Source of the DNA: Piromyces finnis finn
Taxonomy: Eukaryota; Fungi; Neocallimastigomycota
Direction of reading: 5' to 3'
Length of the DNA stretch: 64,000 nt
Assembly: GCA_002104945.1 (NCBI GenBank)
Contig: MCFH01000015.1
Location: 372,001 to 436,000, forward strand
The notes beneath the pieces are model-generated. The model was given only the letters and a program-made list of their open reading frames with translations. It did no database searches and was not told the DNA's origin. The position numbers and the translations under genes were made by a program. How positions within the stretch are numbered: the stretch's first letter is position 1; every line of letters begins with the position of its first letter. Shown here in pieces: positions 1-14,043 of this stretch.

Positions 1-304
1 CCAATTCATATCCTAATATATATAACTTTCAGTTAAAAAAAATAAAAGAAATAAAACATTAAAAGAAAAAGAAAAATATATACAAATTATATATGAAAAA
101 TTATATATTCATTAATTTTTAATAAAAATCGTTTGAAAACCCTCCCCTTTATTTTTGTTTTAAATTAAACTTCTGTCTTTTTTTTTCTTTATCTTATATA
201 CATAAGAAAGAAAAAAAAAAGAAGAATAAGAAATATCAATAAATCTTTTAAACCATTGTAGAATAAAAAAATCAGAAAAATATATATATACATATTAAAA
301 TAAA

Positions 305-3300
305 ATGCAAGTTGAAACATTACCAGTAACTGAAACTAGAAGAACGAAAAGACATGATTTTCATACTATTTCTACCTCGAAAAATATTTCAAAAGAAAAA
401 TTAAATTATATTAGTAAAGAATTCTCAAAAGAAGATCTTAAAAATGATTTAAAAGTCAAAATAAATAATGGTGATACAACATCTAAACCAAAAAAAGTGA
501 AGAATTCATTAAATTCTGTAAGAATTTTAATATTTTATTTTAGTCAATTTTTATTTATTTTTTTTTTAAATACTGCATAAATATAAATATTTTTATTTCC
601 CAATGTTATTTATATTTTTTTTATTTAATATCTTCTACTTTTTGTTAATTATACAATATTATTAATTTAATTATTATTTTGTTAATAGACTTTTTTTTAA
701 TATTAAATAAATGTCCTCTTTTTTTTTTTTAAAAAAAAAATATTAATAATTTTTTTCTTTAAAAAATATATACTTTTTAATTTTATTATATATATAATAA
801 AAACAAATATCAACATGACTATAATCTATAATAATGTAAATCTATGATAGTTACTATTTGCAACACTATTACCTACATCTATAGTATATCCAAATGTTTT
901 AGACTATATATGTAATAATACAAATAATACAGGTACAAAAAATACGAAAAATGATGGATTGAAAAAAAAGAATTCAAAGAAAAATAAAAAATTTTGGACA
1001 ACAATACGAAAAAAGAAGATATCGGAACTTAATATGAATGATAAAATTATATCTTCTTCAATATTAAGTCCAAACTTTGCTTCACCATCACCAACAGCAA
1101 AAGAATTGGATTTCATAAAAGAAGATGAATCTAATATTACAGATAATAATTCTTCATCTAAACTTCCTGATAATAATTTTACTGAACTTATAAATAAAGA
1201 AACTAATAAAACACCATCCATAATCATTACTCCAAAGGAGGTCTCATTAAAATCACAAGAAATTAATAATGTTAATAAAAGCAACAAAAATATACCTAAT
1301 AATGAAAAAATATCCAAAAACGAAGAAATACCTAAAGATAGTATATTATTATCGAAACCACCACTAATAAGTAAATCAAATCCTTCATTGAATAATAGTA
1401 AAACAAGTGTACTTAAAGCTTCATATATCAAGAGTGATGATTCAAATCTAACAGAATCATTAGTATTCTTTTCTTCAATTGGTATAGATGATAATAAAGA
1501 AAGGAGTTACAAGAATTCATTAAACGTTCTTAAAATGAAAAAGAATCTAAGCAGTTCTGTAACAAATATTAATACCAATGTACATAATGATACATTAAAT
1601 AAAGGATATAAAAGCTATTCCAATTTAAGTGTCGATGAAGATAAACAATCTGTTATGTATAATATAAGTCCAACATTTACTCATGGTGAACTTCATAAAA
1701 AAATAGAAGCACAAACTTATTCAGAACAAATAAGTAGTCTTAAAAATACATATATTATCACAAGGCATAATTCTATTGATAATAGAAAAGATAAAGATAA
1801 TAAGAGAAGTTCACTTATTAAGAAGTCTAATGAAAGTGTAACATCTATTAGTAAACAAAATATTTTATCTAAATCAAATAGATCATCTATGCTTCAAACT
1901 TCCCCAACAAGTAATAATGTTAATATAAAGGATTCTACATCCGATAAAGCGAATTCATTCTCTATCATAGATACCATTAAAAATACAAATGTTAATAATT
2001 TACAAAGTAGTCATAACAATTCAGAATTACTTAGTGAGAATTCAGTCAATACTATTACCAAAGCAAATTATAACAACTATAACAACAACAACAACAACAA
2101 CAACAACAATAATAATAATAATAATATCCTTAAGGAAATAAAAAAATTAAATGATATTATAACTGAAAGTACAGAGAAATTTTATAGTGTAGAAGAAGTT
2201 AACACTAGTGAATCAAATAGTGAATTGCAAAGTCAATATTTCGATTTTGTTAGTACTTCTAACCTTAAGAATGACTCCATTAATTCAATACCATCTAAAG
2301 CCTTTAATAATAGAAAGACCAAAACTATTAGAGAATCTAAATTAAAGAATGCTACTAACATATCTGATGATAAAATATCCATTTCTTCAGCAGAAAGTAA
2401 TGAGGAAGTATCAGTAACACCCAAAAATGAATCAAAAGTCAAATTAACAGATATTTCAAAATCAAGTTTTTCCTCCTTTGAATTTGAAGATGATGATAAT
2501 GATTTCAGTGGCCCACTACTAACTTTGCCTAATGAAAACACTACAAACTTTAGTCAAAATTACCTAAATAATATTAAGCAAAATAATTATAGCAGTACTT
2601 TAGATCTTGATGATGACAATTTCTTAACACCAGCACTGGAAAGAAAACCAGCAAATCTTGAAAAGCTTCAAAGTCTATTTACTAATGACGATTCCAGTAT
2701 AGAAACTAAAACAGGATCAAAAATGGAAAATATAAAAAATAATCAAATAAATGATTATCTTAATACCATGAGTGATTTTGAAACTTGGGACGACGATTTC
2801 GATGGTGATTTTAGTATTCCAGATACGGTTGTTAATTCACAAAAAATTTTGAAACAAGAAATCATTAGTTTTAAATCATTTGCTGTTAATATTGAAGGTA
2901 AAATATAAATTATAACTATTAATGATTTGATAAAAAAAAACCTTCAATTTTTTATATTTATATTATCTTGTATAAAATAAATAACTAATTTTTTTTAATA
3001 TTTTTTTTAATATAATCCATTATTAGATATAAAAGTTGCGTATAATAATATATATCAATTGAAAGAAAAAATATCTATGAATTCAACTAGATCAATAAAT
3101 AATGTAATAAAATATTTAGAAGATAAATATACAAATTGTATTGAAAAATATGAAGTATTGATTGATTTGGCGGAACAGGATGAAAATGATGATTCTTCTA
3201 AAATAAGTTCAAGATTACCATTTGAAAGATATATTACAGTATTGGAAGAACTGCTAAATGATAATACATCTAAAAACGAATTAGATTCAGAAAAAATATT

Positions 3301-3442
3301 TTCTAAAGATGGAAATAATATTAATAAAAATTATATATTTGGTATAAATATGCTTCCAGTTTTATTAAATAATATAGAACCAATACGGGAACAATTAAAA
3401 GAATATTATAATGAATTAAGTAATTTATTGCAAAATGTTTAA
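305..3442 (+). CDS. Uncharacterised Ser/Asn-rich protein with a C-terminal helical region (probably 3 or more exons)
   Basis: ATG at 305 and a GTAAGA donor at 518. The frame is open from 851 (after a TAG acceptor at 848-850) to a GTAAAA donor at 2898. After the TTAG acceptor at 3023-3026 the splice reads NIE-D-IKVAYNNIYQLKEK and ends at TAA 3440-3442. Contains ETWDDDFDGDFSIPDTVVNSQ. The exon 1/exon 2 join is uncertain. Confidence 0.7.
2078..2125 (+). repeat. (AAC)n/(AAT)n tract encoding poly-Asn
   Basis: The tandem aac/aat run is in frame with the 959..2908 ORF (YNNYNNNN...). Confidence 0.9.
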
Positions 3443-4210
3443 TCTTTTATATAATTTATTCTGTTTTTAATATTTTTTAAATTTCTTTTATTCTACCTTT
3501 TTTTTTTAATATATAATTTTTTAATTCATTATTATCATATAGAATTCATTTAAAATAATATAGTTATTTTTTTTTAAAAAAAGAATATAGAAGAAATAAA
3601 ATTATATAATAATTTTACAATGTTTTTATATTTGTATTTTATTTAATTAATAAAAAAAACCCAATCTTTATATATAATATTTAATTCAACATATAACACT
3701 AATAGATATTTATTTTTTTATTTTTATAAATGAAATATTAAAAAATAAAAAAATATAAATAAAATAAAATATACTATTTTACATAAAATAATTGTAATAT
3801 AATATATGTCTTTCCTAATTATAATAAAAAAGAATTTTTTTATATAAGTAGTAAAGTTATAACTTGTTTTAATTTGTAACTTAACTACAACTTATAACTC
3901 GTCTTTATTTAAATAATAATTATTAAATTTTATTTATTTTATTATTTCTTGATAGTTATTACTATTTTTATTAAATAAGTGAGGTGTAATATAAAAAGAA
4001 AGAAATAATAAATAATAATAATAATAAAAAAAACACTTCTAAGAAATAATTAGTATATGAAATTCTTATTTTATTATAGGTTTATTTGTTGTTGTTTTTT
4101 TAAAAAAATAAATAATAAAACTCTATTGTAAAATCAAAATTTATCTAATCAAGAGAATATTCAAATGATTTAGTTACAATCTAATGAAAATTAATTTTAT
4201 TTTATAATTT

Positions 4211-6464
4211 CTATATTTCTTTTATTTTTTCAGTATATAATAGATTAGCAATGAAATCATCATAATTATCAAACGATGTTGTTAATGAATTAATACTTAT
4301 TGGAGTTAGTGTTTTAATTCTAATCATTTTAGCTCTCTTTATTAACATTTCTATAAGATTTAATACTTCAAAGCTATTTATTTAAATATAATGTAAATAT
4401 TAATATAAATATTATTTAGGTTATTAGTTTTTTTAAAATCCTATATTATAAGATAATGTATTTTACTTTTTAATTGGATGTGAATTTTCTTCCAAATATT
4501 CTAACCACTTTAATATCATTGAAAAGTTAGGATCAGATTGAGTTAACACCGTTCTATCAATTAAACGGTCTAAAATGATTAAAATTTTTACTCGGACTCT
4601 TTCAGAAAATGTTTCATGCCATCTTTTCTGTTAAATAGTGTATAATAATGGAATAAAATAATATATTAAAAATTATTAAATTATATTATCGCTAAATACT
4701 TTTTAAAATATATATTAATGATATTTTACTCGAATGAAATAAATAGTTTCTTTGGTAACTTCAGATTCTAGACGACAACTATGAAATACTCTTTCTATTT
4801 CTAATATACGTTGAGGTTTTTTTTCATGAGTTAAATTAGATAATACTTTATTCAATTCATCTGAAGTTGTAATCCACGGTGATTCTTGTTTTATTAAATA
4901 TAATAAAACTTCTCTTCTAACATTTTCAATTTTTTTCATCTATAGATATAATTATATTATTGTTAATAATATTTATCAATATATTTGTTAACAATATATA
5001 ATAATAATATATCAATATATTATATATTCTTTTTAATATTTAATATTAAATTATTAATATAGAAAAAGTTACCAAAATTGCTTTAACTTGTTGTTCTTGA
5101 CGAACAGGAATAATTCCTGTTAAAGAATATAGCGCTGTCAATAGTAATTGAAGTTCATGTATTTTGAATGGATAAAACTTAAATACTTCTTGTTTTAAAT
5201 ATATTATAATATATGCATATTGGTTTTTTACATCATTTTCATTATTTTCATTATTATTTATAAAACCATATGAATAGCAATCAATTTCAGAGTACCTATT
5301 AAATATTCAGGTTTTTTAATTGTTATAAATATTAATTAATATGAGTATATATATATTCTAATTTTTATTTAAAAGAGAAAAATAATTATTTGAAAAACAT
5401 CATATTATTATTTATTAGGAAAAAAACATACAGTATTCTTATTGCTTCATCATATTTATCATTGATACTTAGATTTTTTTTACCATACCAAGATATATAT
5501 TTCAAATTCATCTTAAAAACACCAAATTCTGATGAACAGAAATACTAATTTTTTTTTAAATATTAGTTAGATTTATTATAATATAAATAAATTTTGTTAA
5601 TATAAAAAAACCTTTTTTTTCATACATTAGATAAATCTGGATAGGTAACATCAGTTAATACTACACTATTTGTTTCAAGTTCTACCTGTACCCAAACTTG
5701 TTCAATATAACAAACTAAATTATTATTATTATTTCCTTCTTTATTTATTCTTGTTCTTCTTAATTCCTGTTTTTTAATATTTAAAAACAAAAAAAAAGAA
5801 GAAAAATTAATTGACATATATAAAAATTGTTTATTAATAAAAATTATTTAAAATAATATAACTACCTCAAATGTTTTTTCTTTAGTATTTTCTTCTTTAT
5901 TAATTCTATCTATATCATCATTATTCATTTGCATTAATTTAGAACTTAAAAGCTATTATAAATATAAAGTAATATAAATAAATTAATATTTCTTTTTGTA
6001 TTATATGCGTATATATATATATTCATAAAAAATATACTCATTGAAATACTTTTGTTATTGGTGAAACATTAGGAATACGAAAGCAATAATCTGGAGTTGC
6101 ATATTCCATATTTTTATCCTAATTAATTTATATAATATATTAATATTGATAATTTACATAAAACATTTTTATTATTATTTACTTTTTCCAATTCTTATGA
6201 ATGATAAAGACAAAAATGAATAATAATTTAAATAATAAGTTTTAGTGTTAATCTTTTTTATTTTATGTATTTATTTAAATTATAAATATATTATAAATAT
6301 ATGGTTTTTATTACTTTCTTTTAAAATTTCTTCTAATAATAATGATGCATCTTTCATTTGTTCTTTATTATTAATATCAATTTCTTCAAAATTATTAATG
6401 ATTTGCAATCCTTTTTCACAAAGTGTTCTGGATGGACTTGTTTTTTTAATTTTACCTAATTTAC

Positions 6465-6510
<46 letters not shown>

Positions 6511-7870
6511 ATTTAAATCTTATATCAGAATAGAGAATTTTGTATAAAAAAAAAATAAAAAATAAAATAACATTTACCGCAAATAAATTTAACAATACTT
6601 TCAATTTTATCACACAATGCTATTTTTTGATTTTCATCATAATCTAGACTATGTATACGATAAAATCTTACCATATCTTCAAGAAATGATAATAAAACTA
6701 TATATATTGATTGACTAAGTTTTTGATCTTTTAATTTTGAATCAACTCTTTCATTTGCTATATTGGGCAATGGCATCAATGGTGCTGTATAAACATCCTA
6801 AAAAAATAAATTAAATATTATATATTAATCGATTTTTTTAATAATATAAATATTATATCTCTTTATTGGATATAGATGTAATTATTAATGATAATTATAA
6901 ATTTTATACAAAATAAGAATAAAGGTAATATAAAATTAAATTGAATAACGTACAGAAATAAAACATTTTTGTAATTCATTGCAAGTTTTCATATTACTAC
7001 TTTCCAATGTTTTAAGTAATCTTTCACTATAGTTTTCATATAATCCTTCAATATTTGAAAAAAGAACAGGTAAACTAGTAATTGATATTATATTATTTGA
7101 ACATTCTTTCATTAATATATCTTTTTCATCAATTGGTATATTTCTCGATGTATATGATTGTAAAAGATTTATAGTTAAACTAATAAATATACAGTTGTAT
7201 ATCATTTATTAATTAATTATTTTATATATCAAAATTTAAAAGTATTAATTCATATTAATAATAATAAAGTATATAGATATATATTACACATAGAATTGAG
7301 AAATGAATTTTATTTGAAATACAGAATTGAAGATACCCTTATGTATATAATTAAAATTAAAAAAAGATACCGATATAAGTAGTTGTAAATATATTTGTCT
7401 TTTATATTTTTATTTTATTGAATATAAACCTCTGAATATTTAATTTTATTCTCCAGTATCCAATACAAAATTTTTTTAGTTTCTTCTTCTGAAAAGTTTT
7501 TTGTTATTTTTTCCTCAATGCACTTTAATGACATCAATGAAATTAATGTTAATTGATATTCGTTCAATTTATGAATATATAAATTATAATAAAAAAAGAT
7601 TAAAAAGTATTGCTAATTACTTGAATTGCTGAAATATACCAAATAGCTTTTGTTTTATTATTATTCAATATTTCATCGATACTTTTCTATTGTGAAATAA
7701 TATATAATATTAATGATTTAAATATAGAGAAATAAAAAAATTGAAAAAGAATTATTTTATTTATGGTTTATTAAATATAATTTTACTTCTTTTTTTATCT
7801 CATCATCAAATTTATATTTTGAAACTATTGAATTATATATCTTTAATATTTCATTATCCATGATAATTCA
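4211..7870 (-). CDS. Uncharacterised multi-exon, probably alpha-helical protein; 5' end unresolved (may extend to ~8150)
   Basis: A chain of short minus-strand coding blocks separated by AT-rich intron-like gaps. Examples: YQLTLISLMSLKCIEEKITKNFSEEETKKILYWILENKI (~7445-7560), ORFs 6936-7205, 6525-6779, 5620-5817 and 4715-4939, HELQLLLTALYSLTGIIPVRQEQQVKAILV (~5070-5160), and a last block ...TTSFDNYDDFIANLLYTEKIKEI* with stop at 4211-4213. No family recognised. Confidence 0.6.
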
Positions 7871-8228
7871 TTCTATATTTATTTAATAATAAGCTTTTTA
7901 ACAAAAATATTAATATATTTTCTAATTTATCTTTTATGAATGATGATATTAATTAATAAAAAAAGAAAAAGTGAAAACTATAAAAAATGAAATAATATTA
8001 TTCAAAAGTATATATATAATGTTAATTTTTAAATATCAACAAATTAAAATTATATTTATTAATAAAAATTTATTAGATTTATATTTTAAACTTTTTAAGA
8101 TATTGCTTTACCCAACTAAAGATTATTGAAATATTTTTAAATAATGCGTAAGTGAAATATTATTATTAAATAATAAAAACACTATATAATACACATTAAA
8201 AGTTATATGAACAATGAATATTTAAAAG

Positions 8229-8231
<3 letters not shown>

Positions 8232-8322
<91 letters not shown>
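8232..8322. repeat. (TTA)n microsatellite, ~30 units
   Basis: Perfect tandem tta run, intergenic. Confidence 0.95.
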
Positions 8323-8323
<1 letters not shown>

Positions 8324-8554
8324 TTTTATTATATTTTTTATTATATTATTTTATTTTTTTATTTTTAATTTTTTTTTTTTTTTTTGTTCTTTATTTTCTG
8401 TTTTTTTTTATTTTATTATTTTTTTGATTATATTGAGAAAAATAAATATAATATATATTTTTTTGATTTAATATTAAACAGATAAAAACTATGTAAATAA
8501 TTGAATATTAACAAATATATAAAAATATATAGATATTACAGAGTGTATTATTAT

Positions 8555-8586
<32 letters not shown>

Positions 8587-8702
8587 ATTTTTTTTTAACT
8601 TCATCTTTTTTTTATTTTTAATTTCCTTAATTGTTATTGTTGCTGTTGTTTATTATTTAATATATAATTCATTAATTTTATTATTAGTAATATTGTTATT
8701 TA

Positions 8703-8830
<128 letters not shown>

Positions 8831-9060
8831 TATTTATATGCTTTTGCTTTTATAGTTGCTCTAACTTTTTTTTTTTTTAAGATATTTATATGTTAGTAAA
8901 ATCTATATAATTTATATATTATTAAGTTTTGGAAGAGTATATTTGTCTTTTCTTTCCTACAACAAACATTGCATTTTTATTCTTCTAATAATAAATATGT
9001 AATGCTTGTTTTTCTTTACATTTTATTTATATATAATATATTTATACATATATTATTATT

Positions 9061-10713
9061 TTAATGTTTAATAAAAGTATTCTTAAATTTTGATCTTCTT
9101 TTAACTTTTCCATTATTGAACATATCTTGATCCGAATCATCATCTTCTGAATAGTTTTCTATATCATCTGTAATATTTGTAAATGCTTCATCTAATTGTT
9201 GTACTGGATCTTCATCATCATAATAATACCCTGAATGTCTATGATCATTATGATTTACCGAAGTTAATGACGCTGTACTTTCACCAATTGCGGTCATTTT
9301 TAAAGTAGACAAATTCGCCATCTTTGTATTACTAATTTTTAATGGATTATTTATATCATTATTATCTTCATTTTTATTTTCTTCCACTGGAGAGTCTTTT
9401 AATAATTGTTTATAAAAGAAATATATTAATTAAAAATAAGAAATAAATATATAAAGAGAAAAAAAAAAAAAAAAGAAATAATTACTATTATTAGACATTG
9501 AAGAGTGTCTTTGTGGAACACCTGGATAAGACTTTGGAATAACATATTTTTTCAATTCTTTTGGTTTTGGTGGGATTGGAGGTGGCGTTTTCTTTTTAGG
9601 TTTAGTGGTATCATCAGTGCATATTTTAGCACTTTCATTTCGTGGTGATATAATAATATTTGATGGTTGAACACCGGATGGTGAAGTAATACCAGGTGAT
9701 CTTGATATGTTTTCTATTCATAGGAAATTAAGTTTAATATAAAAAAAATAACATTAATATAAAAATTAAAATGTAATGTATATATATATATAATAGTAAA
9801 ATTGCATTATTTATTATTTACCAAATTTATTATTTAATTCTCTATTGTTTTCAAAATTCAAAGATTTAGAATTATCTGGGAATATACCCATACTTTTACT
9901 TTTTTGATGTATTTTAATATTATTTGCTTGTGAATCAGACGAATATTTAACATGTGCGCTCTTTGGACTAAGTGTTTCAGTGTTAAACGAGCTACTATTA
10001 TTATCATCATCTTCTTCAATCTGAGCGTAAGATAAGAAATTCTCATCATTACTATTTTTGTCATCTTCATAATCATCATTTAATAAAATATGCTTCTTTT
10101 GTTTTTGTTTCTTTAAGGACATGGCTAATCTTTGGAAAGAGTGATTTAATTTACTAGTACTTTGTATAGAATGATTACTAACTGAATCTGTTTTATCTTT
10201 TTCTTTACCTTCCTTTAAACTACTGCGTTTAATATTTTCAAAGTTTGTAGAATCATCATGAGTTTTGGATTCATTACTGAAGTTATTACCCATGTTAATA
10301 TTAGTTGAAGAATTTATTATTTTGATTGCTGGTGAAGTAGGTGAAAACATATTGTTGTCATCACTATCATCATTATCATCATCAAATTTTGCATAACCAA
10401 AGGCATTCTCATTATTATCATTTATATTGCTGGATTTACTATAACTTTGGCTATGACTATGACCATGTCCTTGATGTGAATGGCGACTTTCATTATTATT
10501 TGATTGTTTTGATCCAACAAAAGTACTGCCTTTTTGTGGTTGAGGTTTTTGAGGAGAAGTTATTGACTTTCTTCTTTCATTTATAACTTTATAGGAATTT
10601 AATTTTTTCTCACTAATTTCATTTCCTAATAATGAAACAGGTTGATCATCAAAATCCGCTTTATCAAAATTATCAGTAAAATTATCATCAAAGTTGGCCT
10701 CAAATAATGGTAC

Positions 10714-10809
<96 letters not shown>

Positions 10810-11437
10810 TAACGAGGAATCATTGCTAGCAAATGGATTTTCTATTTCATTAGTATTTGTTGTACTAGTTGATTTACTATCTAAGTTAGTAAATGGATCT
10901 ATTAAAAGTGTGTATTAATGTTTATTAAATATTAATTATTATTATTAAATATTAGTTATATACTCTTTTTTATATAAATAATATTTATTAAAATTAAAAA
11001 TTTATTATAACTTACTTGTATTAGACAAAATAAATGGATCACTTTTGAATTTTGATAAATTTAGATTTTTGGAGGAAATACTTGAATTTCTTTTTGTGAG
11101 TTGTGCCTCAGAATCTGAAGTTTCTGATGCTAATTGGGTGAATGAAGGTGGTCTGGGTGATTTACTTAAATTACTGACATTTTTGGTATCATTATTAAAT
11201 AAGTCGTTTGAACTAATAAAAAAATCATTACTACTAAAATTATCTTGCATTGTTCGTTTTTCACTTAACTTATCAAATGAATTAATATTACTATCAGCCC
11301 AGTTATCTTCAAATACATTAATTTCATCATTACCATTCTTTCCAGTTTCATCAAAAAGATTATTGGTTGATTTACCAAAAATACTATCAAGTATCTTTTG
11401 ATTTGCTGTATTATTATCATTATTCTTCTTATTATTA

Positions 11438-11469
<32 letters not shown>

Positions 11470-12604
11470 TGATCCTGATACATTATTTTGAACCGGTGAC
11501 TTATAAGTATCATTATTATTATTTCTTTGATCGATTTTTTCCTGGGAATACTTAGTAAAAAAGGATCCACTTTCACCACCACTTGGCTGAGCTGGGATTT
11601 TATTGTTATTAGATGTTGTATTAGAAATATTAATTTGAGTTGGAGATAAATGGTCATTTCTTTCATCATTAATTGTTATTGGAGTCTTAAAAGAATCATT
11701 TGAAGATTGTTGCATTTGTTGACTATTGTAGGATAGTGTAGCAAGTTTACTAGCTACTACAACATTAGCATTTGTTATAGTATTATTTGTTTTTCTGTCT
11801 TTTTGATTAGGTCTTCCACGTCTCATTGGGGTTGGATTTGGATTTTGTACAATTGGTACAGTAACGACAGGTTGTTTAACTGATGTTAATACAGAATTTG
11901 TTGAAGAAGCTGCAAAGAATGGTGAATTACCATTATTGTTGGCTGAAGAATCATTAAAGCTATATTTCTATTGATTTCATAAAAATATATTTTTTAATAT
12001 TCATATTAATCTACATTTCCAAACTTTATTAGAATTAGTATTTATTTAAATTACATACGTTTGTAATTGGGCATGGTACATTTAAAATAGAACAAATATA
12101 TGACAAAATATCATATATATTAGCACGCATTGATGGTTCAACAACTAACATCATATCTATTTATATCATATATTATATAATAATATGTTATAAAATGAAT
12201 ATTATATAATTTCCTTATTAAAATTTTATATGAAAATGTTTTCAGCTTGTTTTATTATTATTATTATTATTATTATTATCAAAATATTACCTAATAAATG
12301 GTGAATATGGGTTGAATATACGGGTGTTTGAGGTTTGGTATAACTACAATTAACGATGGCTAATGCATTTCCATCTTCAAATGGTGTGGTCTTTATAATA
12401 TGAAATGTACATGTTATTATTAAATCATTTAAATTTTATGTAATTTTTATTTATTAAGAGTATTAATAGTACATACATAATAACATAATTTGTAAAGCAT
12501 GACACCAAGAGCCTATTATTATATAATATTTAAAGTTAATTTAGAGTTTATACAAATGAATATATTATTCATTATTTTATTTTATACTATTTTAAATAAT
12601 TATA

Positions 12605-12680
<76 letters not shown>

Positions 12681-14043
12681 TACCCATGTATCAACTTTTT
12701 CATTTAATCCTCTTCTTTGGTAAAGATCACACATTTCAGGTGGACGATATTGTATTGTTGTATATTTTTGAATTTCTTCTTCTAATTTATGAATTTCTTG
12801 GATATTTAATGATTTATTGGCAGGAACAATTTCTGTTGTTGCTGAACCAAAATCACAGAGTTTATATTTTCCATCAGATGTAATTAATACATTCTATTAT
12901 TTAATAATAAAAAAAAGGAGGATTTATACATTGGTGATGTTAGTATGAACTAATGACTTCATTATTACTTAAATAATAGTAACAAAAACTAATATAAATT
13001 TATCTACCTCAACTTTAATATCTCTGTGTATAATTGGTGGATTTTGATAGTGAAGATGAGCAACTGCTTTACATACACTATAAAATATATTTATAATTTC
13101 ACTTTCCGTTAATCTAATTTTTAACCTTTGGTTCATTAAATTAACAATATAACCCTCTATTTTTATTATATTTTTTTGCAAATATTTAATTAAATATCCA
13201 ATAAGTTTTAATTTTATCATTATTTTTTGTATAATATTTATATTATTTGAGCATTATTAATATACCTGAACAATATTCCATTAAAATTAAAATTTCAAAT
13301 CCATCACCTTCACTTTTACTTCTTGCTCTTACTTGAGAATCAAAAAATTGAACTATATTTTCATTTCCACTTACACTTTTCTAAATTTTTATTTTTTAAT
13401 TATAATTTAAAAAATAAAAAAAAAATAGAATAAAAAAAAGCGTTTATAAAGTATTAGTATATCTGAAAAAAAAATAATATATTAAATAACTATATTATAT
13501 CAGTTTTGACTATTACCATAAAATTAATTTCTCTTTGAAAAGTCAAAACCTGTTCTTGATCTGGAACAATAATTTGTTTTAAAACAGCTTTTTTATTGTT
13601 TTGACTTTGAACAACATAAACATGAGCAAAACCACCTATATGATAATTTTAAAAATTAAATGATTTATTTAATAGCAATAAAATATACTATTGGAATTTT
13701 TATTATATTTTCTACCTTCTGCTAAATGACGTTCAATCATAACTTGATGCTGTCCTACAGTAACATATGTACCAGGTGGTATAGTTCCAGGTGGTATGTT
13801 TACTTGAAGAAATGGATTTTCTTCATTTCCTAAACCAATATTCATATTACTACTATGGTTCATATTTGATGAATTACCATTTTGATTTATCTGTCCTACA
13901 CTACCGTTCATATTCATTGTTTGTTGATTCTGGTTTTGTTGAGCATTTTGTTGATATTGTGCATACAAATCTTGAGCACCTCGTTTAATAGAAGACGTAA
14001 TACCTTGTGTGGTATTTGAAACTTTTGAAAATATACCATGCAT
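9061..14043 (-). CDS. NAK-family (Ark1/Prk1/Akl1, AAK1-like) Ser/Thr kinase with a long low-complexity tail
   Basis: Spliced exons give IERHLAEG-GFAHVYVV...KAVLKQ...FEILILMEYCSG...[35 protein letters not shown]...YTTIQYRPPEMCDLY...IWALGVMLYKLCFYKTTPF, which is typical of NAK kinases. Tail exons are at ~11965-11005, ~10905-9814 and ~9715-9490. The last exon (~9396-9061) splices in frame and ends at TAA 9061-9063. Confidence 0.88.
10715..10809 (-). repeat. (AAT)n tract (~31 units) encoding poly-Asn in the kinase tail
   Basis: The run is in frame between ...SNDSSL and NVPLFEANFDDNF on the minus strand. Confidence 0.85.
12606..12678. repeat. (TTA)n microsatellite in a kinase intron
   Basis: Perfect tta run directly after a minus-strand GTAATT donor (~12683). 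Confidence 0.9.

Noticed and set aside
904-1431. Antisense and alternative-frame ORFs overlapping real exons (also 2233-2541, 45043-45534, 55404-55811 and others)
   Set aside because: These are shadow frames of biased coding exons with no independent motifs.
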